Source of the DNA: Candidatus Poribacteria bacterium
GTDB taxonomy: Bacteria; Poribacteria; WGA-4E; WGA-3G
Assembly (NCBI GenBank): GCA_965197475.1
Contig: CBDANF010000003.1
Location: 3,168,001-3,232,000, forward strand
Reading direction: 5' to 3'
DNA: 64,000 nt
Below the pieces are notes generated by a model, which was given only the letters and a program-made list of their open reading frames with translations, had not been told where the DNA came from and did no database searches. A program made the position numbers and the translations under genes. Shown piece after piece: positions 50,423-61,219 of this stretch (position 1 is its first letter; the number at the start of each line of letters is the position of its first letter).

Positions 50423-52198
50423 ATGACACTGATATCTATGTTTGAGCAGTCAATTCAGCAGTACGGTAACAAACCGGCATTGGCATACAAACCGAAAGGT
50501 GGCACCTATCAGGACATTTCTTACACCGAATTCGGTGAATCGGTTGATGCTTTCAGTAAAGGGTTAAAGGCATCAGGCGTGCAAAAGGGGGACAGAGTAG
50601 CCATTCTATCCGAAAATCGTCCCGAATGGGCAATCTCGGACTTCGGTATTCTTAAATCTGGTGCAGTTAACGTGCCGATGTTTTCAACGTTGACTGCGGC
50701 ACAGGTCGGTTATATTCTCAAAGATTCTGGGGCAAAAATTATCTGCGTCTCAACTAAAGCTCAGTTAGAGAAAGTTGTCGCAATCCGCGATGAAGTAGAG
50801 ACACTCAAACAGATAATTATCTTTGATGCGATTGAAGGCGAATCCTCAGAAGGCGTTATCGAATTTGAGGAAGTTTGTCGTCGAGATGCTGAGGCAGATG
50901 CACTTGATGAAAATGAAGTGAATGAAGATGACATTGCTACAATTATCTATACATCCGGCACAACTGGTAACCCGAAAGGCGTTATGCTAACGCATGCGAA
51001 TTTTTTATCAAACTTTCATGCAGCAAAATCGCTGATTGATATCGGAGAAACAGATATATTGTTATCTTTCCTCCCGTTATCGCACGTCTTTGAACGGCTT
51101 GGTGGACACTATGTGGCACTGTTTTCTGGGGCGAAGGTAGCGTACGCTGAAAGCACATTCACAGTCGCGCAGAATATGCAGGAGGTTTCGCCTACGGTAA
51201 TGCTCAGCGTGCCACGTCTGTATGAAACGATGCACGATAGGGTTTTGCGTGCTGTGCAGGCGGGATCATCGCTCAAACAGAAGATTTTCCACTGGGGTGT
51301 ATCGGTCGGTTCAGCGGTGAGTTCAAAAATTCAGCAGGGGGAAAAACCGTCTGCGATATTGCAATTACAGCAAAGCATTGCAGACAAACTTGTTTTTGCA
51401 AAATTAAAAGCGGCAACAGGTGGACAACTACGATTCTTTGTGTCTGGTGGTGCAGCGTTACCGCAGTCAATTGCCGAGTTTTTCCACGCAGCAGGAATTT
51501 TGATATTAGAAGGATACGGCTTAACAGAAACCTCGCCTGTCATCAGCTTAAACCATCCTGCTAAATGGAAGTTCGGGACGGTCGGTGTGCCTATTCCCGG
51601 TATTGAAGTGCGTATCGCTGAAGATGGTGAGATTTTAACCCGTGGCCCGCACGTCATGAAGGGTTATTTTAACAATGAAGATGCAACTGCAGAGGTTATC
51701 AATTCTGAGGGATGGTTTCACACTGGCGACATCGGTATTATTGACGAAGACGGATTTCTCAAAATTACTGATCGGAAGAAAAATATCATCGTGCTTTCCA
51801 ACGGTAAAAATGTGGCACCGCAACCGATAGAGAGCCAACTGGTGCAAAGTCCTTTTATTGATCAGATTATGTTGGTGGGGAATGAACGTAAAAATGTTGC
51901 TGCACTGATTGTGCCGAATTTTGATGCGCTCAAATCATGGGCATCGGATAACGACGTTGATACATCTGATTTGCCGGAGATGCTGAAAACGCGCGAGGTG
52001 CAACAACTCATTCAGCGTGAGATTCGGGAACGTTTGACAGATTTCTCGGACTTTGAACAGGTTAGAAGGTTTGCCCTGCTTGAAAAAGAATTCTCTCAAG
52101 AAGAGGACGAGATGACCCCGACGCTGAAGTTGAAACGGAACGTTATTATTGAAAAGTATGCTGATGTGATAGCGGGTATGTATCCAGACGAATCTTAA
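50423..52198 (+). CDS. Long-chain fatty acid-CoA ligase (AMP-dependent)
   Basis: YTSGTTGNPKG, EGYGLTETSP, GWFHTGDIG, DRKK and TPTLKLKR motifs; GGGGAG RBS before ATG 50423. Confidence 0.92.
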   Translation: MTLISMFEQSIQQYGNKPALAYKPKGGTYQDISYTEFGESVDAFSKGLKASGVQKGDRVAILSENRPEWAISDFGILKSGAVNVPMFSTLTAAQVGYILKDSGAKIICVSTKAQLEKVVAIRDEVETLKQIIIFDAIEGESSEGVIEFEEVCRRDAEADALDENEVNEDDIATIIYTSGTTGNPKGVMLTHANFLSNFHAAKSLIDIGETDILLSFLPLSHVFERLGGHYVALFSGAKVAYAESTFTVAQNMQEVSPTVMLSVPRLYETMHDRVLRAVQAGSSLKQKIFHWGVSVGSAVSSKIQQGEKPSAILQLQQSIADKLVFAKLKAATGGQLRFFVSGGAALPQSIAEFFHAAGILILEGYGLTETSPVISLNHPAKWKFGTVGVPIPGIEVRIAEDGEILTRGPHVMKGYFNNEDATAEVINSEGWFHTGDIGIIDEDGFLKITDRKKNIIVLSNGKNVAPQPIESQLVQSPFIDQIMLVGNERKNVAALIVPNFDALKSWASDNDVDTSDLPEMLKTREVQQLIQREIRERLTDFSDFEQVRRFALLEKEFSQEEDEMTPTLKLKRNVIIEKYADVIAGMYPDES

Positions 52199-52404
52199 TT
52201 TAGGTAGGTTCGAAATAAGGATTCAGATGTATGTTAGGCTTCGCTGACGCTCTACCCAACCTACATAACCCTGACACCGCACCCTCCACAATCGTAATCT
52301 CTTTGTTTCACTGCTATACTTGTGAGGGCGTTAGCATTGCGATGATGTCTTCTTCTGGTAGTTTCACGTTATCTGCTTGATCTCGTTTAGGTAATTTTGT
52401 GTGC

Positions 52405-52797
52405 TCATGACTCATTTAAAATCGCATCTATCTGCTGACTTGCTGTTCCTATCGGCGCATCAGCAGCAATTTCAATATGGGTATCTACAGTTTCTAAAGA
52501 CGCAATTGAAAGACAGCATCCTAAAGCATTGAGTATAGTTCTAAGCGTGTCAATCCGTGGTGCTTCAGTGCTCGTTAACACATCCGAGAGAACTTGTGGC
52601 TCAATGTCGGTTTTCTTGGCGAATTCGGAAATTCCGCCCCTTGCTTCAACGACACTCTGTAAGGATATCTGAATTACGGCTGCATTCCCATGGGTTTGAT
52701 ATTCTTCCATTACAGCAGAGAGGAAACCACTTATATCTTCTTCTTCGGCAAGTTGGTCTATCATGAATGCTTTCCATGTTCCATATATTTTAGTCAT
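52405..52797 (-). CDS. Addiction-module antidote protein (HI1420-like HTH antitoxin)
   Basis: L..VVEARGGISE.AKKT......L...L.....PRIDTL..IL.ALG; AGGAGAG RBS; ATG overlaps the toxin stop. Confidence 0.8.
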   Translation of the reverse strand: MTKIYGTWKAFMIDQLAEEEDISGFLSAVMEEYQTHGNAAVIQISLQSVVEARGGISEFAKKTDIEPQVLSDVLTSTEAPRIDTLRTILNALGCCLSIASLETVDTHIEIAADAPIGTASQQIDAILNES

Positions 52798-53131
52798 TTT
52801 GCCTCTCCTTGTATTCTGTCCAATAGTTTTTTGCCCGTTCAATATCCCGATTTTGCGAAGACTTGTCGCCAGCACAAAGTAGGAGAACGATTGTATTATC
52901 CACTTCACCATAATAGATACGATGACCTGCACCGAAGTCAAGCTTTAGTTCCCAAACGCCGTCACCTACAGATTTATGGTCGCCAAGGTTGCCAGCTTCG
53001 ACGGAAAATAGGCGTGCTTGAATCCGCTTTTTTACCTTTGTATCATTAATTGAATTGAATCATTCTGTGAAAGGTACGGTACCGTTTGGAATTTGATAAA
53101 AATTAATTGTCCGCGGACATGCATCACGCAT
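52790..53131 (-). pseudogene. RelE/ParE-type addiction-module killer toxin (HI1419-like), inactivated
   Basis: PFTE*FNSI...RIQARL...GNLGDHKSVGDGVWELKLDFGAGHRIYY...LLLCAGDKSSQ.RDI.RAK; TGA at 53060-53062 plus an N-terminal frameshift. Confidence 0.85.
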
Positions 53132-53321
53132 TGACGATTTTTCACATGTTAATAAGTGACAAGTGGCTATCCAGAGTTACGCTAATCAAGACCTACTCAA
53201 ACTTTGACATATAGTATCATGTTCATCCTTAAAAGTCAAGGTGGGTTTAAAACGGATTACGCTGATTGTTGGATTTCACGTTGTCCAATCCAACCTACGG
53301 CTTTAGCAGTGGACCAAACAT

Positions 53322-54218
53322 TTATGATGGCACAAGAACAGTGAGTCCATGCTTGATAATCTCAATTGTGGCAGGTGTTTCGCACATCGGCTCTCCATCG
53401 GCGTAAAGCATGACCGGTGGATCGGTCTCAATCTTCAAACTACGGGTCTGATGGATTTCCACAGCAGGATGAGAGGCGTGACCACCCCAGAATAACGTAA
53501 CCATGAGTCGTAGTACCGTAAAGGATGGGAGGGCGCGAATGATACAGATATCAAAAAGTCCATCATCAAAACGTGCGTTTGGTACAATCTTAAACCCACC
53601 GCCATAGCTGCTTGTAATTCCTGTGGCAGCGAGTAGGATATGTCTTTCACGAGTGCCGAAGTCGCCTTCAATTCGGACGAATGGACACTCGTAGTCGGAA
53701 AGTGTAGCGATAGCAGCATAGACGTAAGATGCAGTTCCTGAAAATGGTGTGGTGCGTGCCGCAGCGCGGCGACTGACCTCAGTATCGTAACCACAAGTCG
53801 TTATCGTGGTGAAATAGTGTTCACTCCCCTTTTCTGAACGGACGTGACCTAAATCAATACATCTGGTCTTGCCATTCAATAAAGTCTGAATGGCAAGCTG
53901 CGGTTTTCGTGAGATGCCAACAGCCGTGGCTAAATCGTTGCCGCGTCCGCATGGAAGGATGCTTAAAGTGACATCCGGGACAGTTGCAATACTGTTGACA
54001 ATCTCATGAAGCGTGCCATCTCCCCCGCAGGCAATCACCCACCTAATTCCATTTGAAACTGCTTCGTGTGCAAAACGTTTTGCATCTCCTGTGCCAGTCG
54101 TTAGTGCAATCTCACCGTTGTGGCTCGCTGTAGTTAGCGCGGCGTGTGCTTGCTCAGCAACTGTCTTTGCCTTGCCTTTGCCGGATATTGGGTTTGCGAT
54201 AAGGATAAAATCGTTCAT
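53322..54218 (-). CDS. Diacylglycerol kinase-family lipid kinase (YegS/Rv2252-like)
   Basis: NPISG, GGDGTLHE, P.GRGND, YGGG, DDGLFD and DGE motifs. Confidence 0.92.
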   Translation of the reverse strand: MNDFILIANPISGKGKAKTVAEQAHAALTTASHNGEIALTTGTGDAKRFAHEAVSNGIRWVIACGGDGTLHEIVNSIATVPDVTLSILPCGRGNDLATAVGISRKPQLAIQTLLNGKTRCIDLGHVRSEKGSEHYFTTITTCGYDTEVSRRAAARTTPFSGTASYVYAAIATLSDYECPFVRIEGDFGTRERHILLAATGITSSYGGGFKIVPNARFDDGLFDICIIRALPSFTVLRLMVTLFWGGHASHPAVEIHQTRSLKIETDPPVMLYADGEPMCETPATIEIIKHGLTVLVPS

Positions 54219-54305
54219 ATCGGTTAACTCGTTACAGCTGCGACTTTTCTAAATCGGGCTTACAAAGCCCTCCCACAATTTAGAAGATAGATTGTGATAA
54301 CGAAA

Positions 54306-57300
54306 TCACTTAATCACAGCGATCTTTCCTACTTTTTTTTCTGTTTCAAATTCAAGCATATAGATATAGATACCGGTGGCTATATCACCGATGCTGCCGT
54401 TTGTCAACCACCACTCTTTCCTGTTTCCATCGCTTTCGGTAACGTTCAAATCCTCAATCAATTCTCCCTTAGGTGTAAAAAGTTGAATACGGGTGCCGAT
54501 AGGCACTTTATCAAAAGTAACTGCACCTTTGTCTGATAAATTCGGACGGACCGGGTTCGGGTAGACGCGTAACTTTGTGAAATCTTTCACCGCTGCTTCT
54601 TCAACACTTCGCTGAATTTCAACCGCACTGGTAGCGGCTTGAATCTGGTTTTCATCAGTATCGGCTACGTTGGAAACGGCAATCTCATATCGGTTTGTTG
54701 GAACAGCAATTAGCGATTGTAGGTTTATTGTATCAAAGACTAAGAGCGCGCGTGTTCCCATTCTGTCACGGATAGCGGATACCGGTCGAAGTCCTCCCAG
54801 TTGATTCGGTTCGCGTAAGCGATATCGACGCTCATCACTAATAGTTGCGTTCATCTGTCGATCAAAGGTAACAATTACCCAATTGGGAGGTTGATAGGCA
54901 GCATGAATAATTTTGGGAGAGAGGCGCGGTGTCGCGGATACCGCTTTACTACGTTCTGTTTCTATACCTGTTTCTCCCTTCACTGTAATAGCATACCAAT
55001 AGGTTGTATCTGTCTCAGCTGTCCTGTCTAAGTATCTGGTGGCGGTGAGATTCTGAGCGATTGCCTCAAACTCGGTGTCAGCAGGTGCCTTCCGTTTTCC
55101 CCCATCCGCACGATAGACAGTAAAAACGGTTGACATGTGTGTATCTTCCATAGCCTCCCACTTAACTTGAACGACTTTTGATGTTAAAGGCGTTGCAGAA
55201 ACATCCCATGGTGTGAGCGCAGCAACAGAATTGCTATCAGTCGCAAAAGCAGATTCAATGAAACTTAGACCTCTTTCAAGGTTAACGTAGAATTCATGAA
55301 ATCCATTACTGTTTAAATCCGCTGTGAAGAGGACGGGTGTTTCAGCAACTTCTTGGTGATAAATCGGTATGAATGTTGCGCCATCCCATTTCATTACGTA
55401 GAGGTTCGGATATGTGATGACCGCAAGTTCGTTATGTCTGTCACTGTCAAGATCAGCTATAGCAAGACTGTTCCCATTTAGCCGATACGGTGCTATCGCT
55501 TGTCCCCAAAGCGGTACATACTTACCAGATGTATACGTAAGGACAAGAAACTTCCATATAGGTGAGACCGAAGGAACACCAGGCGGTGATAAAGTGCCGC
55601 CAACAACAAGCTCCGGCATTCCATCCCCAGTTAAATCTCCAGAGATTAACTGCCTAACTTCATCAATACCAAGTTGTGTTTTCCACTGCAAGCGGAAATT
55701 ATCATTTGCCGTAGCAGAATAGATGAACAGTTCGCCTTCACTATCGCCAACAACAAAATCAATGTTTCCATCGGCATTAAAATCGTCAATTACAATGTGT
55801 CGATCAAATATATTTTTCCCTTCTGTTTCATTAACTAACTCGGCAGTTCTGTCATACAGATTATCCCCTCTATTCTCAAAGATGAGGATCCTGCGGTTAT
55901 TGTTATCAACACCAATAATTTCCTTTTTGCCATCGCCATCAAGGTCAGCGATTTCACCACCTGAAATGAATGTCGTCTCCCAAATAATTTGCTCTGGGTA
56001 ACCATTAGGTGTAAGACTCTCTATCAGGAAAGTTCGATCTTTGTCATTTGCGAGGATCTCCAACAAACCATCGTTGTCTGTGTCTTGGACTGCCCACGGT
56101 GTGAGCGTTTCTAAATTTACATCTTGATTCAGGATATCCGCAGAATCAGCAACCGTTGCAATGTCGGAAAGGGCATGTACAAGTTTATATTTGCCTATAG
56201 GCGAGCGTTCATAAATAACGAGACGATGAGGGATGGTAAGTTGGCCTTTAGAGGCATCAGAAAGGGGCGCACCAATAAGTTCGAATAATCCATCTTTGTC
56301 AAAATCCGCAGTAACACTTGCGATGTGCAGGGGTGAAATACCGAGACTGGTCTCAGTGAACCCGTGTGGCGAAATAGAACTACCGATTACGTCAATTGCG
56401 TAGTACTTCCCATTGTTGTCATTAACCGTTTTTAAACCGACGGTGTTCTGTGCCACAATGTAAAACTGGTAATGTCCTGTTCCTAAACCGAGCGAGAAAA
56501 AATGTTCTTTTCCAAGTTCCCTTTCCTCAATAGATGCAAAAGGTGCAATTCCGCCGGTGCGGCGATAATAGAAGGTGTTTCGAGTTACATCGTCTGTCGC
56601 CCATGTGAAAATCATGGTAGAACTGTTTTTGTAAAGCGTTTCAGTTGCGGTGATGGAAAGAATTTCGGGTGGTGTTCGGTCTACCGTTAGGACAACCTGG
56701 TCATGTGTCTGACTACCGTCTCTACCCGTAACGACGAGGCGGACTGTGTAAACGTCTTCGGGCACATTTGTGGTGTCCCATACGACTAACTGTTCCGCGA
56801 TTTTTTGTGTTGATATGGGATCGGTAAACGGAACAAATGCGGCAGGTACAGTAGAACTTCCATAAAATAGCTGCCACGACTTAAACTTATATCCTCCCGC
56901 AGTGCCGATGAATGTAATTGAATTAGACCCACCACTATTCGTTTGCGGCGCATGAATTCGTGCTTGTAAAACACCGCTTGCTAACAACGTTCGTTCGGCA
57001 TTGACAGTGCCGGCACCAGCAAGTTTTGGATCAGGTTCATCGCTATCCTCTTGTAAAACAACATCGGCAGTATTGATGAGTATCTGCCGAATCTCTTCAT
57101 GGGTAAGAGCGGGCCGTTTTGCGCGCATCAATGCTGCAACACCTGCGACGTGTGGTGCAGCCATAGAGGTCCCGGTAAGAATACGATAGTCGTTCCGAAT
57201 TTGTGTGCTGAGGATGGCGTTTCCGGGGGCACCAATATCAATGGATGCTCCGAAATTTGATCGGTAGAATCGCTGTTTGTGTTGGTTCGTTGATGCTACA

Positions 57301-58349
57301 GAGATGACTTTTCTGTAGCCCGCAGGAAAAATGCTCTCGGATTCCTGTGAATTGCCCGCCGCGCCTATTAACACGACACCATGCGCATGGGCATAATCAA
57401 TAGCATCTTGGATAACAAAGGAGTGTTGTGCGCTTCCCCAACTCATATTGATGATGCTTGCGCCGTTATCTGCGGCGTAAACAATCGCTGCGGCGGAGTC
57501 ATCATCCTGCAAGCGAGAACTTCCACCAAGCGAGAGCCCTGCGCGTACTGCCATTAGCGGACAATTCCACGCCACACCCGCAATACCGATACCGTTATTT
57601 GGCATTGCACCTGCGATACCCGCGACATGCGTTCCGTGTCCAGATTCATCAATCGGTTCATTATCACCCTCTATAAAATCGCCTTCCGCCTGTAGATTGG
57701 GGGCATCGGTAAAATCCCATCCGTGCATATCATCAATGTAACCGTTTCCATCATCATCTAAGCCATTGTCGGGGATCTCGCCAGGATTTACCCAAATTTT
57801 TGATGCAAGGTCGTCGTGCCTATAATCAATGCCAGAATCGATGATGGCAATAACTATATTACGGTTCCCCTTCTCAATTGCCCAGGCTTGCGGTAATTTC
57901 ATCAACGGTAAACTCCACTGTTCTGAGTATTTTGGGTCGTTGGGGACAATTTCATCTGCTAAAGTTGGACGAAGATAATTATACGCAACCGCCTCAGTCA
58001 GTTCGCTCTGCTCAAACGCTGCTTTAAGTGCGGGAAGGGCCGCGATTGGTGAAAACCGTAGGAGATAGGTTCGCTTAAGCTTAGCAGCATGGTTAGCGGA
58101 ATCGAGCAAAAATGGAAAGGAGGGTTTCAGAGATTCCACGCCGTGTTTTGCATACAATGCTGCTATCAGTGATTTAGACTGCAATAGGTGTAGATCCGTT
58201 GATGCTTCTGGTGTTAGGCGGATTAATAACTCACCAGGGGTGATCTGTTCGGATAGCGCGGCATTTCCAACAACAGCGCAATTACAAAAAAGTCCGACAA
58301 TTAGGAGTGCCAATAGAGGCAGAATTTTTGAAGATGTCTGCTGATTCAT
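54306..58349 (-). CDS. Secreted S8 subtilisin-like protease with FG-GAP/VCBS propeller, FN3-like and T9SS-like C-terminal domains
   Basis: IIDSG, HGTHVAG and GTSMAAPHVAG triad; DLDGDGKKEI repeats; VYPNPV...GIYIY...GKIAVIK. Confidence 0.92.
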   Translation of the reverse strand: MNQQTSSKILPLLALLIVGLFCNCAVVGNAALSEQITPGELLIRLTPEASTDLHLLQSKSLIAALYAKHGVESLKPSFPFLLDSANHAAKLKRTYLLRFSPIAALPALKAAFEQSELTEAVAYNYLRPTLADEIVPNDPKYSEQWSLPLMKLPQAWAIEKGNRNIVIAIIDSGIDYRHDDLASKIWVNPGEIPDNGLDDDGNGYIDDMHGWDFTDAPNLQAEGDFIEGDNEPIDESGHGTHVAGIAGAMPNNGIGIAGVAWNCPLMAVRAGLSLGGSSRLQDDDSAAAIVYAADNGASIINMSWGSAQHSFVIQDAIDYAHAHGVVLIGAAGNSQESESIFPAGYRKVISVASTNQHKQRFYRSNFGASIDIGAPGNAILSTQIRNDYRILTGTSMAAPHVAGVAALMRAKRPALTHEEIRQILINTADVVLQEDSDEPDPKLAGAGTVNAERTLLASGVLQARIHAPQTNSGGSNSITFIGTAGGYKFKSWQLFYGSSTVPAAFVPFTDPISTQKIAEQLVVWDTTNVPEDVYTVRLVVTGRDGSQTHDQVVLTVDRTPPEILSITATETLYKNSSTMIFTWATDDVTRNTFYYRRTGGIAPFASIEERELGKEHFFSLGLGTGHYQFYIVAQNTVGLKTVNDNNGKYYAIDVIGSSISPHGFTETSLGISPLHIASVTADFDKDGLFELIGAPLSDASKGQLTIPHRLVIYERSPIGKYKLVHALSDIATVADSADILNQDVNLETLTPWAVQDTDNDGLLEILANDKDRTFLIESLTPNGYPEQIIWETTFISGGEIADLDGDGKKEIIGVDNNNRRILIFENRGDNLYDRTAELVNETEGKNIFDRHIVIDDFNADGNIDFVVGDSEGELFIYSATANDNFRLQWKTQLGIDEVRQLISGDLTGDGMPELVVGGTLSPPGVPSVSPIWKFLVLTYTSGKYVPLWGQAIAPYRLNGNSLAIADLDSDRHNELAVITYPNLYVMKWDGATFIPIYHQEVAETPVLFTADLNSNGFHEFYVNLERGLSFIESAFATDSNSVAALTPWDVSATPLTSKVVQVKWEAMEDTHMSTVFTVYRADGGKRKAPADTEFEAIAQNLTATRYLDRTAETDTTYWYAITVKGETGIETERSKAVSATPRLSPKIIHAAYQPPNWVIVTFDRQMNATISDERRYRLREPNQLGGLRPVSAIRDRMGTRALLVFDTINLQSLIAVPTNRYEIAVSNVADTDENQIQAATSAVEIQRSVEEAAVKDFTKLRVYPNPVRPNLSDKGAVTFDKVPIGTRIQLFTPKGELIEDLNVTESDGNRKEWWLTNGSIGDIATGIYIYMLEFETEKKVGKIAVIK

Positions 58350-58355
58350 AGAATG

Positions 58356-59303
58356 CTAATCCAGAGGTTCAAGTTTATTTGTCTCGCGTTCGCCTTTCAA
58401 GATGTTTAAAACTTTTCCTGTCTTGTCGTCAATAATGACAATAGCGAGATTGCCCCAACTGTGGTTATAGAAACTAACTGTCCAGGCAAACCCTTGAAAC
58501 CATGCATATTCACGAACACCTTTCTGAGCTGCCAACAAGGTTTTCAAACGCTGATTAGATTTTGCGATGTTAAGAATTGCATCCGCTTTTTTCTGCGGTG
58601 ATATTTTAGGTTTTGGTTTCTGAAGTTGTATCTGTTTACCAACCTTTACTTCAGGGGGTAATTCTCCCGGGGAATGCTTCGCAATTGTTCGAAGTAGGGT
58701 GGCATGTCGGAGATACGCATCTCGAAGTTTTTCATAACTTTTCAATCCATATTCTATTGGTATTTTTTGATATAGTGACGCGCACATCTCTGCTGCATCG
58801 GCTTCAAATCGGAGAACTTTTGCATAATCTCTTTTCTGTTCAGCGTGCTCCTGTTGTTCTCTAAAAAAGGTCGCGTAGATGCCAAAGTTGTAAAACCTAT
58901 CAGGATAGTGTGGTAGCCAAGTCGTAATGAACTTTGCAATCTTTTCGCGTTCCTTGGTAAGAGCAGCCTCAGTAGTTTTTGATTTTTTCCATGCAGCTTT
59001 GGCACGCGTGAGGTGAAATTGGCGTTGTTCCTGAATTTCTAACCGCTCTTTTTCTGTGCGCTCTACCCACTCCGCGTACCCATTTCTTTTGTAGTAATTG
59101 AGGACGATCTCGTTCATCAGCACAGAAATCAAAGTGAGACATTCTGCAGCAGCTTCGTGCCAGAGAGCAAGCCTACCGAAATCACCACGCTGCTCATAGA
59201 TTTTGATAAAGATGTCGGCATTGGCAGTGCCTTCGAAGATAGCATCACACGGCTTAGTAAGTATGAGCAGAATAGAAAAGAGCATTAGTGTGAACGTTCT
59301 CAT
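58356..59303 (-). CDS. Exported helical hypothetical protein
   Basis: Signal peptide; internal repeat (YE.R.DF..L..W.EAAAEC / AE.K.DY..V..FEADAAEMC); PepSY-like C-terminus IIDDKTGKVL. Confidence 0.6.
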   Translation of the reverse strand: MRTFTLMLFSILLILTKPCDAIFEGTANADIFIKIYEQRGDFGRLALWHEAAAECLTLISVLMNEIVLNYYKRNGYAEWVERTEKERLEIQEQRQFHLTRAKAAWKKSKTTEAALTKEREKIAKFITTWLPHYPDRFYNFGIYATFFREQQEHAEQKRDYAKVLRFEADAAEMCASLYQKIPIEYGLKSYEKLRDAYLRHATLLRTIAKHSPGELPPEVKVGKQIQLQKPKPKISPQKKADAILNIAKSNQRLKTLLAAQKGVREYAWFQGFAWTVSFYNHSWGNLAIVIIDDKTGKVLNILKGERETNKLEPLD

Positions 59304-59336
59304 TTTATTTCATCACCATTATTCGATTTTGGAATT

Positions 59337-59427
59337 ATACCGAATTAACTGGATTTATCCGATTCGTCCGAACGGTAGGCGCGCTTACAAAGCGCGCCTA
59401 CAGAGTAGAATTAAGTTAATCTGATAC
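59337..59427. mobile_element. MITE (ATACC.AATTAAC-type ends) with a GTAG REP hairpin, overlapping the epimerase stop
   Basis: Degenerate TIR; cargo GTAGGCGCGCTTACAAAGCGCGCCTAC. Confidence 0.55.
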
Positions 59428-60420
59428 TATAGGCAATATACGTACAGTTGCCAAAAATGTCTTTTCCGGTGCCAACACTATCACACCTGCAGGAATACCT
59501 TTCACCTCTAAATTGATAGCATCTGTCGGACAGGTGTAAGGTTCAAAACAGATGGCATCTCTTCCTGGTGGCGTATAGATAACCAATTCCCTAAACTGCA
59601 CATCCGATTCCATCACCATGCCGTATCCTGTATCTCGATTTTCAATGTGGCATCGACTTACACCGTCAACCAATTCAACATCTGTGAAAACATGATCAAG
59701 TTTCAATTTTGAAAATGGTTGTCCTTCGCGTAAATCGAGTGTTCCTGTAACATCGTGTTGTATGCCCGTTGGAACGAGAACATCGTCCAATTCCCAATAC
59801 TTGTTGGCAGGAACGGTGATCAAAGCTTTTGATGCATCTGCTGTTCCGGTTAGGTTTACGTTAAAATAGGGATGAATGCCGAACCCCATCGGCATATTCC
59901 CATCGCTTGTGTTTTTGATAGAAACCTCCATCGTTAACACAGCATCTTTTAGGGTATAGGTAATCTCAATTTTGAAAGGAAAAGGATATTGGCGACTGAC
60001 ATCAGGAAAATCTTGAGAATTGAGCGAACAAACCAATGTTGCACCGTTCTCATTAGCTGCATGTTTGTCAACTTCATAAGGACGGTTCAACAGTAGACCG
60101 TGTATTGTCGTAGGCGATTCAGGTTGTTTGTCGAACTGATAAGTTTTCCCCTCAAATTCCCATTTTCCGTTTCGGATTCGGTTGGGAAAAGGAAAAAGAA
60201 TTGGGTTGCCGAAAGCGGTTGGACGTTGTTCTAACGTCGCTAAATCTGGGGGCGGATCAATTAGGTTAAGCCATCCGTTACCATCCGCAACTTTGAACAC
60301 ATAACAGTTATTGCCGAGGGCAGGCGCGATTTCAGCCACTGCCTTCCCGTTTTGTTGTATGTAGTAAACCTGAAATCCATCAACCTTTTTTACACCGACT
60401 GAATACGAAGTATGCGCCAT
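59416..60420 (-). CDS. Aldose 1-epimerase family protein
   Basis: PFPNRI..G, IHG, YPF, HPYF and ICFEP motifs. Confidence 0.9.
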   Translation of the reverse strand: MAHTSYSVGVKKVDGFQVYYIQQNGKAVAEIAPALGNNCYVFKVADGNGWLNLIDPPPDLATLEQRPTAFGNPILFPFPNRIRNGKWEFEGKTYQFDKQPESPTTIHGLLLNRPYEVDKHAANENGATLVCSLNSQDFPDVSRQYPFPFKIEITYTLKDAVLTMEVSIKNTSDGNMPMGFGIHPYFNVNLTGTADASKALITVPANKYWELDDVLVPTGIQHDVTGTLDLREGQPFSKLKLDHVFTDVELVDGVSRCHIENRDTGYGMVMESDVQFRELVIYTPPGRDAICFEPYTCPTDAINLEVKGIPAGVIVLAPEKTFLATVRILPIVSD

Positions 60421-60559
60421 CGTTTTTCCTTTATCTGTGTTTACAAGTATCGTTGAAAGTAAGAGAAGAACACGAGTAATTCCAATTCGGGGGACGCGCT
60501 TCCAAATGCCTCGGAGGTGGCGGAGGGAAAAAAATACGCGGTTTCATTGATGCTCCCGA

Positions 60560-61174
60560 TTATCCTTTGGTGCACCACTCAATACCGCGCCGCAATATCT
60601 TCCGGAAGTTAGGATTAGAATAGGTAACGTCGTTATGTCCGCTCTGTAGGCAAAAGATACGTGAGTTTCCATATTCCCGCGCCCAACCTATCACGTCCAT
60701 ACTATTCGGATGATCAACGGTTAGCAGGATAGTACTGTCACCACCTGCGGATTTCATCATATAGGTTTCGTCACCCATCTCCCAATCAGCGAGCCCTTCA
60801 GTAATCGGGTGGGTAGGATCAGCGATTTGTACCTGTAGCGTCTCCCGCGGGGAGTAGTCAAAATCTCCTCGATCATCAATCCCACACATATCAGAATATG
60901 CATCCCATTCTGGAAAAGCGAGAAGTGCGTGATGCAGTATAACTAATCCCTGCCCACGTTCGGTAAGACCCAGAATGACTTTCGCTTGTGCCTCTGTTGG
61001 ATATGGACGGTGGAAGTTGTAAAAGACAACGGTGTCGTATGCTTTCTGGTTTGGGTCTTCCACAAAGTCATCCAAATCTTCTTGAACGAACGCAATACCT
61101 TCCATGCTTTTAAAGACTGCGTCAAAATCTTTTTCGCGAAATCCGTGTTCTCCGGTTACGACTGCGATCTTCAT
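60560..61174 (-). CDS. ThuA-domain protein
   Basis: GLVILH, HPITEGL, DETY, W...YG..RIF...GH and RGIEW motifs. Confidence 0.85.
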   Translation of the reverse strand: MKIAVVTGEHGFREKDFDAVFKSMEGIAFVQEDLDDFVEDPNQKAYDTVVFYNFHRPYPTEAQAKVILGLTERGQGLVILHHALLAFPEWDAYSDMCGIDDRGDFDYSPRETLQVQIADPTHPITEGLADWEMGDETYMMKSAGGDSTILLTVDHPNSMDVIGWAREYGNSRIFCLQSGHNDVTYSNPNFRKILRRGIEWCTKG

Positions 61175-61219
61175 AGACTTATTCTTCTCCTATAGGAAAT
61201 GATTATTGACACATTCTCC

